A stretch of 64,000 bases of DNA from Scyliorhinus canicula (taxonomy: Eukaryota), in assembly GCF_902713615.1 (NCBI RefSeq), contig NC_052151.1, forward strand, positions 168,907,050 to 168,971,049, in the 5' to 3' direction. The position numbers and the translations under genes were made by a program. This document shows positions 1-13,757 of this stretch, piece by piece. Under the pieces are notes generated by a model. It did no database searches and had not been told where the DNA came from. It worked only from the letters and a program-made list of their open reading frames with translations. The number at the start of each line of letters is the position of its first letter. Position 1 is the stretch's first letter.

Positions 1-189
1 CAGCGGACACTCGCCGGTACATCGAAGACCATGGGATGTGGCAGGCAGCAAGCTGCCACCTTCTCTACTGTGCATCCTGGGGCCACACCTAGACATAGCG
101 GTAAAGTATGGAAGGCTAAGCAGGACAAGGATCACTGAGAGGGCACTGGGGGGAAAGGGGGTAGGGTGGGCGTACATAGGAGGGGGGAG

Positions 190-2059
190 GGGTGTCACTG
201 GCCTCCGTACTGACATAATTAGCCCAGTTCTTAGTGGGTACCCCTTATCCCCCAAGAGCCAACCAAGCCATCCAGGGGCATTGATTGAAGAGGCCGGAGT
301 GTCCAAATGTCCCAGGATGTAGCTGTCATGCACACTCCCTGGGAAACGTGCACACATGTGCATGATCTTTATGTGCTGGTCCCAGATGAGCTACATGTTC
401 AAGGACTGGAACCACTTCCTGTTGATGTAGAATGCTCCTAGAGTGCAAAGCGTCCATCAGCCCCTGGACCTGGGGCATCCTGTCGATGGTGGAGAAATCT
501 GCTGCCCAGGCATCTTGTTGGACTTGGTCCAGGCCAAAGTTTATATAGTTAACTGCCCGGTTATTCAGAGCATCTGTGACTTCATTGATGCACTTGTGGG
601 CTGTAGCTTGTGAGATGCCCTGGAATAATCCTGAGGTGTAGAAGTTCAGAGCTGTGGTGATCTTGAAGGCCACCAGGAGCAGGTATCCTCCTCCTCCACA
701 TGGTGCCAAATCCATCAGATCATGGCACAGATGCCCTACTGTCCCCTTGTTGAGACGGAGCCTTCTGCACCAACATTGTCTGTCATCTGTTCGAAAGATT
801 AGCAATGCCCGTACACCTTGGACCGTCGCAGACCTCCCCCTCTGGGTAACCCCCTGTCTTGGTCAGCCAGGTTCTCAGGGTGTGGGATGGGGCCCTGTCA
901 ACGTTGCTGCCCTCCAGCATCTGGCCACCTGGCCAGCCAAAAGCAACACTCGGGCAGCTTCCGCTGGGTCCAAGATGTCTTCCATTGCGTTGAATATCTG
1001 TAAGGAATTGGGAGAGGATGAGTGTCTAACCACCAGCGGTCTCTCCATCCCAGTCCCCCCATTGCTTCTTCTCCTCCTCCCCCACTCCCCAACACGCCCT
1101 GCCCACACACCCCCAGTGGCAGTGGAGGCCCCTGATGACCGGACCCCAGAGCCTGTATCCCAGACACCTGTACGTAATGTTAATTGGACTGAGTGCTGGT
1201 CCCCTGCCCGATCCGCACACCCACTCTCTGGCCATGGAAATATCCTCGGTGCTGGGGCCCAGCCCCTGGATGTTCGGGTGTTGGCCACTGCAGTCTGTGG
1301 TGTTTTCTCCTGCAGTGTTCAGGCACAGTGTACAGACATCACAGTCTGATTGGGATGCTAGGCAATAACTCCAACATGCTACATGGCATTCCTATCCACA
1401 GAGATCCACTTTGTCTGTGTGAACTGCTCCCATAACTACGATTGTCAATTTCCAATTCGCAATAGCCTTCAGCCGCAGGCATCTGCAGTCAGTGGGAGTT
1501 TCAGGTGGTCAGTGGGACAGGTCGGCAGCGGCTGGGTTGTCCCCAGAATGAGACCACATGATCCAGGGGTTGGCATGGTGGGCCCATGGGCACTAAGACA
1601 CCCAACCCCCCCCCCCCCCCCCCCCCAGCCCAGGATATGAGCAGCAAACCCCAGGTCCGCCAATAGCGATCCAGCCTGACGGAAGCTGTCTCCCCGAGGG
1701 CTCCCCCACCCTCCCTCCAAGCACCGAGGCATCAACTCCAGTGCCGTCGGGCTCTTTGCCTGGAAGCGAAGATGGCTATTCACCTCCTCGGGTTCCAGCA
1801 GCAGCCATTACATGAACTTCACATTTTTAAAAAAGGGTACTAATCAGCACCCACGTGACCACTTGCTGGTGAGGCTGTGTGATTGGGGTCGCTCCCGTTA
1901 ATCGTAAGATTGGTTTCTTGCGATTTCACCAATGGGTGCGGGCCGATTAGATCCCAAATTGATGAGCACCCAGCGCAGTTCTCGATTTTGGCCTCTCCCG
2001 TGATTTTGCAGCCTCGTCGTTCTCTCGCTTCAGTGAAGTGCGACTATTAAATCGCACCC
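190..2059 (-). mobile_element. Degenerate Harbinger (PIF/Harbinger) DNA transposon with transposase remnant
   Basis: Minus-strand translation gives HARBI1-like segments (KITTALNFYTSG..GISQATAHKCINEVTDAL, MPQVQGLMD, GDKGYPL). A TIR-like end TTAAATCGCACCC lies at ~2047-2059. Left boundary is uncertain. Confidence 0.8.
195..805 (-). pseudogene. Harbinger DDE transposase (HARBI1-like), frameshifted
   Basis: ORF 326..805 plus a GDKGYPL motif near 225-255 in another frame. Confidence 0.8.
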
Positions 2060-2064
2060 ACATT

Positions 2065-2620
2065 TTTATTCAAGGGATTTTCATTTTTATACAAAACACA
2101 AATACACAACCATCTTTATAACTGCGTCACCCCACTCCCCATATATCCTACATGCTTCCTTTTATAGCTAAACAATAAAACAGTAATGACTATAAAACAG
2201 AACAATAAACAAAACCCAGCCCTCCCACCCACCCCCCACCCACTGACATTCTTAATGTAGGAGATGAACAACCTCCATCTCGAGAGGAATCCCTCCTTCG
2301 ATTCTCAATTGGCGAATTTTATCTTCTCCACATTAAGGAATTCCGTCAAGTCATGCTCCCACACCACTGTTTGGAGGGCTCTGGAGACCATCACACTGGA
2401 AAGATGCACTTAATCGCACAAAGGAGGATATTGCATTTACCCTCACTCCAAATCCCCCCTCAAATACCTCACCCAGCTCCTCCTCACACTTCCTCTTACC
2501 TTCCTCCCCAATGAGGATGTCTCTCCCTCCATCAAACACAAACAACATCATGATTTTACAGGGCACATAGGCTATCCCCTGCCCTTGCATACCCTGTATT
2601 TCACCTTTGTAATAATTCCT
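2065..2620 (-). mobile_element. L1/Tx1-like LINE 3' fragment
   Basis: Composition and degenerate coding pattern resemble a LINE ORF2 C-terminus/3' UTR; no clean motif. Confidence 0.35.
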
Positions 2621-2624
2621 CATG

Positions 2625-3830
2625 GGATAATGGGCATGGCTGACGAGGTCAACATTTGTTGCCCATGCCTAATTGCCCTTCAGAAGGCGGTGGTGTGCCA
2701 CCTTCTTAAACTGCTAGAGTTATGCGGTGAAGGTGCTGCCATTGCGCTTTTTGTTAATGGCAAGGACAACATTTGTTAGCCACCTTAATTGCGCTTGAGA
2801 AGGTGGCTCCTTGAACCTCTGCAATTTATGTGGTGCAGGTACACCGACATTCCTGCTAAGAAGGGATTTCCAGGATTTTGATCCTGTGACAGTGAAGCAT
2901 GCTGTCAGGATGGTGTGTGGCTTTGAGGGGAACTTGCAGGTAGTGGTGGCGTCATGCATCTTCTGCCCTTGTCCTACTAGGTGGTAGTTGTCACAGTTTG
3001 GAAGTTGTTGTTGAAGGAGTCTTGGTGAGTTGCTGCAATGCATCTTGAAGATGGTACACACTGCTGCCTGTGTGCGTTGGTGGTGGAGGGAGTGAATATT
3101 AAAGTGATGGTGTGCCCATCAAGCAGCTGCTTTGTCCTGATGGGGTGTTGATCTTCTCGAGTTTTGTTGGAACTGCAGTCATCTGGGCAAGTGGAAAGTA
3201 TTCCATCACATTCCTGACTGAGCCTTGTATTTTGGGGGAGTCAGGAGATGAATTACTTGCAATAGAATTTAAAGTCTCTCAGCTGCTCTTGCAGCTAAAG
3301 ATTTTGCATGACTCATCCAGTTCAGTTTCTGCTCAATGTCAACCACAGGATGTTGATATTGAGGGATTCAGCAATGGTAATGTCAAGTCAAGATGGAGAA
3401 ATCCATTGCCTAGCACTTGTGTGCTGCGATTGTGACTTACCACTTATCAGCCCAAGCCTGGATATTGTCCATGTCTTTCTGCATTTGGACATGGACTGCT
3501 TTATTATCTGAGAAGTTGCAAATGGTGCTGACAAATGGTATTAACCAGCGAGTTCCAAGATTGTGACCCAGTGAACATGAAGGAATGGCGATCTTTGTCC
3601 AAATTGTGATGGTTTGTAACTTGGAGGTAAACTTAGAAGTGATGATTTTTCCTTGTACCTGCTGCCCTTGTCCTTCTAGGTGGTAGAGGACATGGATTTG
3701 AAAGGTGCTGTTGGCGAGTTGCTGCAATGAATCTTGAAGAGAGAACACATTGTTGTGGTTGTGAAAGTGAATGTTTAAGGGGCTGAAGGGGGTGCCGATC
3801 AAGCAGACAGCTTTTTCCACAGGCAAGTGA
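2625..3830 (-). mobile_element. CR1-clade LINE fragments (RT C-terminus and 3' UTR, at least two pieces)
   Basis: ORF 3437..3826 ends in MQKDMDNIQAWADKW, a typical CR1 RT segment. 2880-3130 and 3570-3810 are similar to each other. Confidence 0.7.
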
Positions 3831-4262
3831 GATGGTGCTCACATTTAGTTTCCCAGAAGCCTTGGGTGCTCCGCCCTTGTCAGACGAAATTAGGTGCCTC
3901 AGCTGCCATGACTGTTCTTCCAATCAATGCCTTAAATTTAATTGAGAGCCTGATTCAACCTACTGTGTCCATACCCCACCAGCTGTTCATACTCTTTCAG
4001 TGTCAGGAATGTACTTAGGTGCATTTCTGGTTTCACGACTTTATTCTGCTGTGGTGATGAATTCTTGTCTAAAATCTACATTCACTTGAAGTAAATCACT
4101 TCATGAGCTGAGGGTTTTACTGTGTCCTACCACTGTTTCCAAAACAGATTGTATTTGTCAGTGGATTCCACTGGATTAGTGAGCTCATAGGCTCACTTTT
4201 CTCTTCTGTTTTGTCTCTGACCCTTCCAACAGATCTGAAACAGTGAACCATTTCTTCCATGT

Positions 4263-4594
4263 GGGGCAGCACGGTAGCACAGTTGTTAGCAGAGTTGCTT
4301 CACAGCTCCAGGATCCCAGGTTCGATTCCTGCTTGGGTCACTGTCTGTGCGGAGTCTGCACGTTCTCCCTGTGTCTGCGTGAGTTACTTCCAGGTGCTCC
4401 AGTTTCCTCTCACAAGTCCAAAAATGTGCAGGTTAGGTGGATTGGGCATGCTAAATTGCCCTCAGTGTCCAAAAAGTTTGGGTGGGATTACGAGGATAGA
4501 TTGGAAGCGTGGTCTTAAATGGGGTGCTCTTTCAAAGGGCCGGTGCAGACTCAATGGGCCGAATGGCCTCCTTCTGCACTGTAAATTCTATGAA
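4263..4594 (+). mobile_element. HE1-type tRNA-derived V-SINE, CR1-type tail
   Basis: GGGCAGCACGGTAGC head, B-box GGTTCGATTCC, central V-domain, tail ending TGTAAATTCTATGA. Confidence 0.9.
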
Positions 4595-6777
4595 AAGTGC
4601 CGATTAAGCTTCTTTGCATTTTTTGGTTTGGAATCGTGACAATGATTTGATTGATTAACAAAGGTTTTCGTTATCCAACCTGCCCTGTTTTCTTTCCCTT
4701 TTCATTCACTATTTTTAAGCTTTTTAAAGAACAACTGAGGTGATTGAGTGACAATAGAAGCATCATAATCTTCAGATGTGTCACTAGTGACCAGATGCTA
4801 TGGAGATTGAAGTGCAAATTGAATTGGAACGATGGCCAACTTGCTCATTTTTTTGATTGGAGAGGCACTCCACAGCTGTTTTATTGCTGTCAGTAGAGTC
4901 AGAGGGGATTGGCAGTTCTCCACTCAAGGGCAAAAGCCAATTTATGAGGACTATTCAGAATTTTGCTCATTATGAAGCAGTAGCCTAGGCTAATGAACGA
5001 TCCTCTGTGGTACTGATTTGCTATCGCAAGGTATTATTGCCGGACTTATTAACAAATTACATAAGATTCAACTCGAAACCTTTTCTCCCGAGAGGGGACG
5101 GCAGCAGATTGTCCAACCGTGTGATGATAATTTTTGTACCACTTGAGAAGAGGAATACCAGTGGTGAATACATATGGCCATGAACCTGCCCTCTTTTCTC
5201 ATCAACTGGCGCATCGTCAAGTAATCACCTCCTTTCTCCAGCGTTCAGTAAAAAGAAAAATAGGGTGTTTTTCATTAGTATTAATTTACAGTTGCTGGCA
5301 AACATAAAATCACTTATCTTCAATTGATAGAAAGAAAATGCCCAATGATGTTTCGGTTCTATGTTTCGCTGCTTTTGCAGTTCTTCACTTCTATTCCCGA
5401 ACCAACACTAATTTATTACACCAGCTTATTTTATTATTCGTGATCACAGCTACTTGAAATTGTGAAGTACCTTTGTCTTGGTTTTTGTTCATTTCGCAGT
5501 AATAAATATGCTTGCTGGACCTTGACATTTAAAAATGTATTTCCAGAATATGCCATTCGAAAATGTATGGACTATTTATCACGTTTGTTCATTCAAAAAA
5601 ACCCTCAAATGTTTCTGTTTTTCTGTTTGTATCCATCATTTTCCCCTTCAAATATGGGCAAAATGACTTGAAGTTTAAAGAAAGATGCAATGCTTGTTTT
5701 TGCGCATTGATGCAATTTATTGAGAGGACAATGTGCAGTGCCACAGAAAGATTGCATTCAGGTTCACATCTGGGATTCTCCACATCAGTACGTTCACAAT
5801 CTCAACTGTGTTACTGTGAAATGAGTTTAGGTGCTTCCTACAGTGAGAGAGAATTCCAAGAGAATTGCTTTGCATTTAGGTTTGTTGATAATGTGGTAGC
5901 TTCTTCTACTGGGCTAGGCACAGACAAATCTCAAAAGACTAGTTGCTGTTGAAAAAAAGCACTTAATTAAACAACATCAACACTCTCTGAAGTATACAAG
6001 TCCGACTTTTAAGTTATGGAGCACAATCTAATGGCTGCGATGCACTCAGCACAGTTCCGTGCGAGTCGGATAGATATCGGCAGAGGACAAAATCAGGATC
6101 CGCACAAGGCGGTTTACGACCTAAGCGGCCCGCTCCCGTTGGCAGGTTCCGGATCCTTCCTTGATGTGGCGAGGTGACAGTTCACACCAATTGAGGGCAA
6201 TCTCCATCTCATTATAAGATGGATACCCTATTGAACGGCTTCTCGTGATCTAACCAGTTCCCCAACAGGAGGTCATGAGGGCACCCTGTAGCACTAAAAA
6301 CGGGAAGCTCGTGCAATGGCTGCTGTGGGGATCGGAGGAGGTAAGTAGCCATCTTCGAAATCGGGCATGCAGCTCCATGGTATTTGAATTTGGTTTGTCC
6401 TCTGAAAATGAGGTGATATATGGATACGAATCTGGAACGGTAATGTTTCCTTGTTGTTTAATGGTTAGTGTGATATGTGGAATGTTTCACAGTTGATTTT
6501 CAAATCTTTGTTACTGTTGACGGTTTAATAAACAAAATATTCTCAAGTGGAATCTCGTGAGTACACGTTCCAAGTCGCCGGCGAATGATATTGCCCTTCA
6601 TCCCAATCAAGCTGTGAGGCCTCAACACTCTGCCTGAGCCCTGGAGGTGTCAACACCATAGAGGTAACAGCCAACAATTCAACACCAATAGCTAGGCTTC
6701 AGCACTGGGAATATCCCCCTAACCAGGGAGTGCGTGTGTGTTTGGATCCGGGAGGATACCTGAGCCTGGTCCTTCAT

Positions 6778-7131
6778 GGGGCAGCAGGGTAGCATGGTGG
6801 TTAGCATAAATGCTTCACAGCTCCAGGGTCCCAGGTTCGATTCCCGGCTTGGTCACTGTCTGTGTGGAGTCTGCACGTCCTCCCCCTGTGTGCGTGGGTT
6901 TCCTCCGGGTGCTCCGGTTTCCTCCCACAGTCCAAAGATGTGCGGGTTAGGTGGATTGGCCATGCTAAATTGCCCGTAGTGTCCTAATAAAAGTAAGGTT
7001 AAGGGGGGGGTTGTTGGGTTACGGGTATAGGGTGGATATGTGGGTTTGAGTAGGGTGATCATTGCTCGGCACAACATTGAGGGCCGAAGGGCCTGTTCTG
7101 TGCTGTACTGTTCTATGTTCTATGTTCTATG
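6778..7131 (+). mobile_element. Young HE1-type V-SINE with (TTCTATG)n tail
   Basis: Full head, V-domain and tail; nearly identical to the copy at 36029-36380. Confidence 0.92.
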
Positions 7132-8857
7132 TGTTCCCGGCAGGGGTCTGGGGTCTGGTGTCCACGGGAACCTGCTGTGACAGAGGCTTCACATGTCCCA
7201 GGTGTACCATGTTTAATTGTGAACATTCAAAACCCTAACTGTCCCTAGCTACTGATTAGTGCCCCACCCTCCACCCAGTGCCCAATCTACTTCAGCTTCC
7301 ATGCTCTGCCGCTAAGTCTGTTGTATCCCTAGGGAGCACATCGGAAGTGGAAGCAGCCTGCTGCTTTTTGTGACCTGTGGCCTTTGATGTCCCTGGCGGG
7401 CATCCTCTGGATGGCCTGGAGCTAAAGGGACCCGGCTGCCTTACCGGTGACATCTGCTTTGCCCGCTGCCTTGAGATGTGCCACGGTACAGCGGGAGGGG
7501 GAGGGGAAGGACTAGGGAAAGCTGAAGACCGCCGTTGTCACTCTGGTGAAAGGCTCGGCGTCAGCCTCCGGCTCTGCCTCCTTCCGGAGGGTGCCCATAG
7601 TGCCCTGCTGGCCTTGATAGGAAGGAGGGGCAGCTGGAGTGAGCATCAAGGGCCCCTGCATCATTTAGCTCTGCTGCTCCTGGCACCTCCCCATTCTCTG
7701 CACCATGGTGTTGGCGCCCTCAGAGATGCTCCTCAGTGACTGGGCCAGGCTCTGGAGAGCCCTGGCACTGCTCACCTGCATGTGAGACATGGTCCACAAG
7801 CATCGACAATGTCCACCTGTGCCAGGCACATGTCCTGCAGTGACTGTGACATGCTGTCGAGATGATCAACGATGACCATCACAGACTGAACCATGCATTT
7901 GACACCACCACTCATGGCATGGACGTCGTGCTCCAGGCTTTCCATTGTGGTCGCCACCCTAGCAGTGTTGACCTCGGTGCCATGCAGTGTCTACACCATC
8001 TCCTGAACCCGCAGACTTTGGGATTTCTCCAATAGGCTGCGCACTCGTTGGTGTGTCGCTGACATCCTCTCCTGAATCTCACGGCCAACCCTAGCGTCCG
8101 CATCAACTCCGGGATAACCTTGTCCAGAAGCTCGACATCTGGCTGGGGCCCTACTGAGTCCTGTGATACAGCACAGCTCTGACTACTGACTCCCTTCAAT
8201 GTTTTTGCCTCCACCTGATGAGCAGCAGCAACTGTATGGTGCTAACCAGATTGCGCCCCAGACCCCTGTCCACCTTGTCACCCACGGAGGTGTGTGTCTC
8301 TGCGCTGGTGGAAGGTGGAGGCGATAGCTGTGATGCCTCGATGTTCTCCTCCAAGGTGGTCTCTTGGAAGGCATGCGGCAGCCTGGCACCGGGGCCCTGG
8401 ATGGGCCGTCACCACCCAATGGAGATACTCTGAGAGAATGGGCATGCGGTCTGTGAGAGGGAATGATCGTTTTTTCTGACATGAACCACTCGCTTGATAC
8501 AGGACATCTGGATGAAGCGGCAGTGGATCTTCACCCCCTGCAGTGCAGGCCAACCTCTATCCTCGCCATCTGTCTGGGCTCTTTCCTGCATTTTAGGTGC
8601 CAACGTCTTGCAAGGACAAAGAAAAGGTATTGTGAGCCGGATACTTGATGCATTGGGTGTGAGGGGCTCTATGGCGGGTGACATGTGGGCATGGATAGGT
8701 TGTGCTAGTGGGTGCCACGGTGTGCTGGGGCACAGGCACAGTATCATGCTAGGGCAGGAGGTGGGTGTCCAGTACCAACCGCTGACACACTGGGAGGGGG
8801 TTGGGAGGTCCTGGCAGTGTGAGGTGAGATTGATGCCGGGGGCCGATGTCAACTCAC

Positions 8858-9045
8858 CCGTGCAGTCTGGTGGAGGTCTTTGTTCTTCTTCCTGTACTGG
8901 ACTGCTGACCTCCTGGACTGATGGCCACTGCCTCCCAGGCAGCACTGGCAGTCCTGAGGCTGATCCTCCGATCACGTTGGGTGAACAGGGTGTCCCGTCT
9001 CGACTCCATAGTGTCCAGCAGCCTGATTAGGCAGCATCTCTGAAA
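8858..9045 (-). pseudogene. Harbinger Myb/SANT-like DNA-binding protein, first exon (frameshifted)
   Basis: ORF 8854..9150 plus the adjacent frame giving the Q-x-RKK-x-x-DL motif; intron donor immediately after. Confidence 0.7.
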
Positions 9046-10129
9046 TGTGAAGCAGGTCTTCGTGGTGCTGTTCTGAGTGTATTTGGAGGGAGTGGTTTCT
9101 GTGCTGCTCTCCCTGGTTACCAGGGAGATGCTGAGCACGGTACAGGCCAATCAGCTGGCAGGAAGCGACTGTGTGGCGCTAACCAGATTGCGTCTCAGAG
9201 GCCTGTCCACTACTGCCGCCCACGGAGATGTGTGCCTCTGTGCTGGTGGAAGGTGGGGGTGATAGCTGTGACTCCCCGATAGTGGCATCCCCGGAGCTCT
9301 CCTCTAAGGTGGTCTTTTGGAAGGCGGGTGGCACCCTTGCACCATGCCATCCCAGATGGGCCATCATCACTGGGGGAACATTTCCAGCACTAATTGCCAT
9401 TAGGTACTGGCTGCGGAACCCCTGGTTGGCTGTCGGGAAGCACACAGGAAATCACGTTCACTACGGAGTGTAGAGCTTCACCCATTCGATCACGCCCGTG
9501 GTGTTTTATTTCAGTTTGGAATGGTTTGAAAACAGGCTCAATTGTTCCCATGCAGAGTAAATGCCTACAGACAATGCTGGCAAATATTTACCGGCCTTAA
9601 AGTTGCTGATGTTTTCAAAGACAAAGCTGCCAACCACATAGCTTCCTCAACCCCTCAATCGTGTTTGCATCCTTTAACTCTAAAATTAATGAAGGATCTG
9701 GCCCAGTTCATCACCAGGTAATTGGTTCATTTGTCAAATGTAAGCACACATTTTTTGCCCATAGGAAGAGCTCAGGACAATTACAGTGGACAGTTAACTT
9801 TTGGTTGTACACCATCAGTAAATGTGGGGCTTGTATCAGCTCTAATGACTGGTAATCTTTCTCTTCCAATGGCTGAAACATGAATGACAAAAATATATCG
9901 TCAATGTTATCAATAGGATTGATAAATGCTTGTATTCTGCAAAGATGTCTTCAGAAGATCCTTATATTTATTAGTAAGATCATCCCTGAGGTTGAATCAA
10001 ATGTTAACGTGTTTTGAGTTATCCTAGCTTTCTACATTATTTTAAGTCAAGCTGACTGAACTGCTGTCAGAATCTAGAAGTGATAGATCAGAGAAGATAA
10101 TGCAGTTGACAACTTTTGTTTGACACATA

Positions 10130-11112
10130 TACGCATTGGATCATGAGAGAAAGGGAGGCTTATGGCAGATATCGAGGGTTCAAAACAGCAGAAGCCTGAG
10201 AGGCATATAGAATACGTAAGAGGGAACTTAAAAAGGAAATTACAAGAGCGAAAAGAGGACATGAAAGGATACTAACATAAAGGAAAATCCGAAGTTGATT
10301 TACAAGTAAAGATAATAAGATAACGAGGGAAAGAGTAGGGGCCATTAAGGACAGTTAATACTTTTTATTATTTAATAAAATTACAGTTGTAATTTGTGTG
10401 TGGAGCCAGAGGATGTAGGTAGGGTATAAATCAATACTTTGTTCACTAGTGAGAGGAATGATGTGGGTATCAAAATCAGAGAGAAGGACAGTGATAAAAT
10501 GAAATAAAGTAACAGAGAGAAGGTTCTGAGTGGTCTGTCAGGCTTAAAAAGTAGACAAATCTCCAGGGCCAGATGAAATGTATTCCAGGCTATTGAGTAA
10601 GGCAAGGGAGGAAATAGCAGGGGCACGGGTAATATTTTTCAGTTCCTCTCTGGTCACAGGAGAGGTGCCAGAGGACTGGAGGACAGTCAATGCGGTGCCT
10701 TTATTCAAGAAGGAAGGAAGGCATAAACCAGGAAACTACAGGCCAGTCAGTCTTACTTCAGTGGTGAGGAAATTATTGTGAGCAACTCTGAGGGACAGAA
10801 TTAATCTACATTTAGAGGAATCAATAACCAGAGATTTAAAGTAAGGGGCAGGAGGTTTAGAGGAGATGCGAGGACAAATATTTTTATCCAGAGGATGGTG
10901 GGAGTTTGGAACTCGCTGCTCGAATGGATGGTGAAGGTAGAGACCCTCATAATAATTTAGAAGTATTTAGATGTGCACTTGTAATGCCAAGGTGCACAAT
11001 ACTATGGGCCAAGAGCTAGGAAATGGGATTAGAATAGTTAGGTCGTTGGTTTTGACTGCCACAGGCTCAATGGGCCGAAGGGCCTTTTCTGTGCTGTATG
11101 ACTCCATGACTG
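10130..11112 (+). mobile_element. CR1 LINE, internally deleted ORF2 fragment with 3' end
   Basis: ORF 10578..10781 GEVPEDWRTVNAVPLFKKEGRHKPGNYRPVSLTSVV; 3' end GGGCCGAAGGGCC..CTGTGCTGTATGACTCCATGACT. Confidence 0.9.
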
Positions 11113-12345
11113 TTTTATTTTTATAATTAAATAAAGCCACCAATCCCTGATTAGCAATTGAGTAAACAGTTTGTGGGTTAATTTATTGAGACTAGGACAT
11201 GACAACAGATATAAATGGCTATAAAGCTTGCAGACCCCAGCAGCAGAGCTGTATTGTGTGCTCTGCTTTAAGCAAAAGTGAAACAAAAACTGATCACATG
11301 ACACCTTCCCTTTCTCCTATCCCTGAAAGGCATATTACAGCTGACACCAATATGCTTAGTGATAGTCAATGGGGTGGACAAATGGATCTCCAGTTGTATC
11401 AGACTGTATTGCTTTAATGGAAAATAAGGTAATAAAATTGAATCATTCCAAAATCAGGTGACATGTTTACCATTAGCATGGTCCATTGAACTTCATTGCA
11501 ATTGGATTATTGATTTTATACTTCACAAAGATTTCCATGTACAAATCTACATAATATTGTCCATGTGACAACTGTATTGAGTACCAAGCATGAAACATGA
11601 AATGCTCAATGTTACCAGTTTAAGGTATGGGCATTTGAATGCAACTCTCCAACACTGGAATATGGGCAAAATACAGAGTTAAATTTATTATTAGTGAGGC
11701 AGAGCCACTTTCTTTGGCTGAACTCAGTTTCCAATTGAAGCCAGCTGGTTGATGATCAAGCTTTTGTTCAGAAGGGCAATAACGTGCTTAGGAATTGCCC
11801 AGCTAGCCACCTGTTCTATGTAATGGATCCTACCCTTTGTGGAAATCTGCCAACTGAGTCGTTGCTATTAATGACAGAATCATCAGTTCTGTGGGGATAA
11901 CAACCTTCCTTTTCTGGCCTGTAAATGAAACACTTGGACTGACAATAGGTTGTGAAAGCTATATGCTTTCCAACTTGGATTACTTTATAATTGTCGTGGG
12001 CTGTGATACAGATGCAACATTACAGTAATAAAGCTGCTTAATTTCCAAAGTGCTTTTATCCTTGACCCAAAACTGTTAAACAAAAGTCCCAAAATCTAAA
12101 TTCTTGGGGGACAAAGTGGTCTCTTGAGTTATGCCCCAATATTTCACCTTGGGCTTCGTTGAGGGGATAGAAGTTCCCTTTTGCCATTGACAATAATAGT
12201 TCAATGTGTAATGAATTTGAGATATTTCAATCTGGATCCCAGTGAGCCAAGGCCTACAGCACGTAAATGCACCTAATTCAGCAGATAAAGTAGAGTAGAA
12301 TCTAGTTGCAAGATTACCTGACCCGGAAGTGGGTGCTGAAACGGG

Positions 12346-12516
12346 GAGCTGGATTCTCCATCCCACCGCGCCAGATTTCTGGTTCAGCACGCAGACGGGA
12401 TGCTCCGTTTCGCCGGCTGGTCAATGGGGTTTCCCATTATGTGGCAGCCCCATGCCGTCGGAAAACGCCCGGGTTGTAGGCAAAATGGAGAATCTCGCTA
12501 GTGGAGAATCCAGCCC
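12346..12516. mobile_element. Short Harbinger-type MITE (~170 bp)
   Basis: TIRs GAGCTGGATTCTCC / GGAGAATCCAGCCC; internal GGCTGGTCAATGGGGTTTCCCATT shared with the 19207-19376 copy. Confidence 0.85.
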
Positions 12517-12667
12517 AGGGTGCTTGAAATGGGAAGTGTCCATCCCCAAGCACTATTCACACTTCTGTTTGATGAGTATAAATATGTCCATTTTTATGAA
12601 AGGGGAAAATGTTTTGGATGCCCTGGGTAGGTGAAGCAGCTTCTGTTGAGAGAAAAACAGCATTAAC

Positions 12668-12852
12668 GGGCAAAGTTCTCTGGCCTCCCCATGACATGTT
12701 ACTTGGTGGCGGGAGGTGGCCTGTCGTTGGCTGGTAGCGGGATCTTCTAATCCCTTTGCTGTCAGTGGGGGTTTCCCACTGAATCCACACTGTGCCGCCA
12801 GGAAATGCGCGGGGCGGGGGTGCACTGCCGACAGGACCAGAAGATTCCACCA
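12668..12852. mobile_element. Older short Harbinger-type MITE
   Basis: Degenerate GGGC..TTCTC start and AAGATTCCACC end; internal GGGGTTTCCCA core. Confidence 0.5.
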
Positions 12853-13757
12853 CTGTGAACAGCCGGATGATCTCGTCCATCGTCTCAGATCAAATACCTT
12901 CCATCAAAGCCCTGAAATATTATCAGATTTACAAATGACAATGGAACACTAAATTCTTCCTCATTGCAATATAATTGCAACCACTTTAATCGCCTTTTTG
13001 CAGGTTTCTATGAAGATCTCCATGGGCATTTGTCAACATTCCCAGAGGTTGAACAAACACATGAAAAGCGGTGATTTCAAATGGGAAAATAAATACAGAA
13101 GACAGATAAAATATCTGACAACAAAGGGGAAATATTGGCATTTTCCAACAGGCAAAAAGTTCTCTGTATAGTTTAGAAAAATCGTTTTCGACTTGCAATG
13201 CTGACAATTAATAGCACTTAAATAAATACTTGAAATGGTCTCCATTCTGTTGCAGTCATGCATTCTTATTATATTTCAGTATGTTTTCTTTCCATTTTTA
13301 ATTCTTCGTTTTTTTCCCCCTAAAAGTGAAAAAGGCAATAGAGCTGAAGTCCAGAGGGGTCAAAATGCTTCCCAGTAAGGACAGCAACCACAAGAATTCT
13401 GTCTGTAAGTCCATTTTTTTTTTCATTTTTTGATCATCAGTCAATAACATGTAAAGTGATTATCCCCAAAAGGTTGGGGTTGACTCATAGTTCTGTTCAT
13501 CTTTTCTTTAATGCACACCTGTTATAACATTAGAAAAGCAATTATTTAAATGAAAGAGACTGCAGAATGCTGCAGGTTTGGATGTCCTTGCCCATGAACC
13601 ACAAGACTTTAGAACGCAGGTACAGCAAGTAACTGGAAGGCAGTGGAATGTTAACCTTAATTGCAAGGGAAATGGAATATACAAGCAGGAGTGTTTTGCT
13701 GCAGCCATTCAATGGGGAAACCACACCTGGAGTACGGTGTACAACTCTGACCTCCTT

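Larger units (their letters stand above)
6018..9483 (-). mobile_element. Degenerate Harbinger element(s) carrying the Myb/SANT-like accessory gene, interrupted by a SINE
   Basis: TIR-like ends at ~6018 and ~9483. Minus-strand Myb-like exon LLDTMESRRDTLF..AWEAVA..QYRKKNKDL is followed by a GTGAG donor (~8853-8857). May be a composite of two copies. Confidence 0.65.

Noticed and set aside
4263-4340. tRNA genes at SINE heads
   Set aside because: A/B boxes continue into SINE bodies and no complete cloverleaf is evident.
5080-5250. Possible exon bounded by AG/GT
   Set aside because: All plus frames have stops; the open minus frame resembles nothing I recognise.
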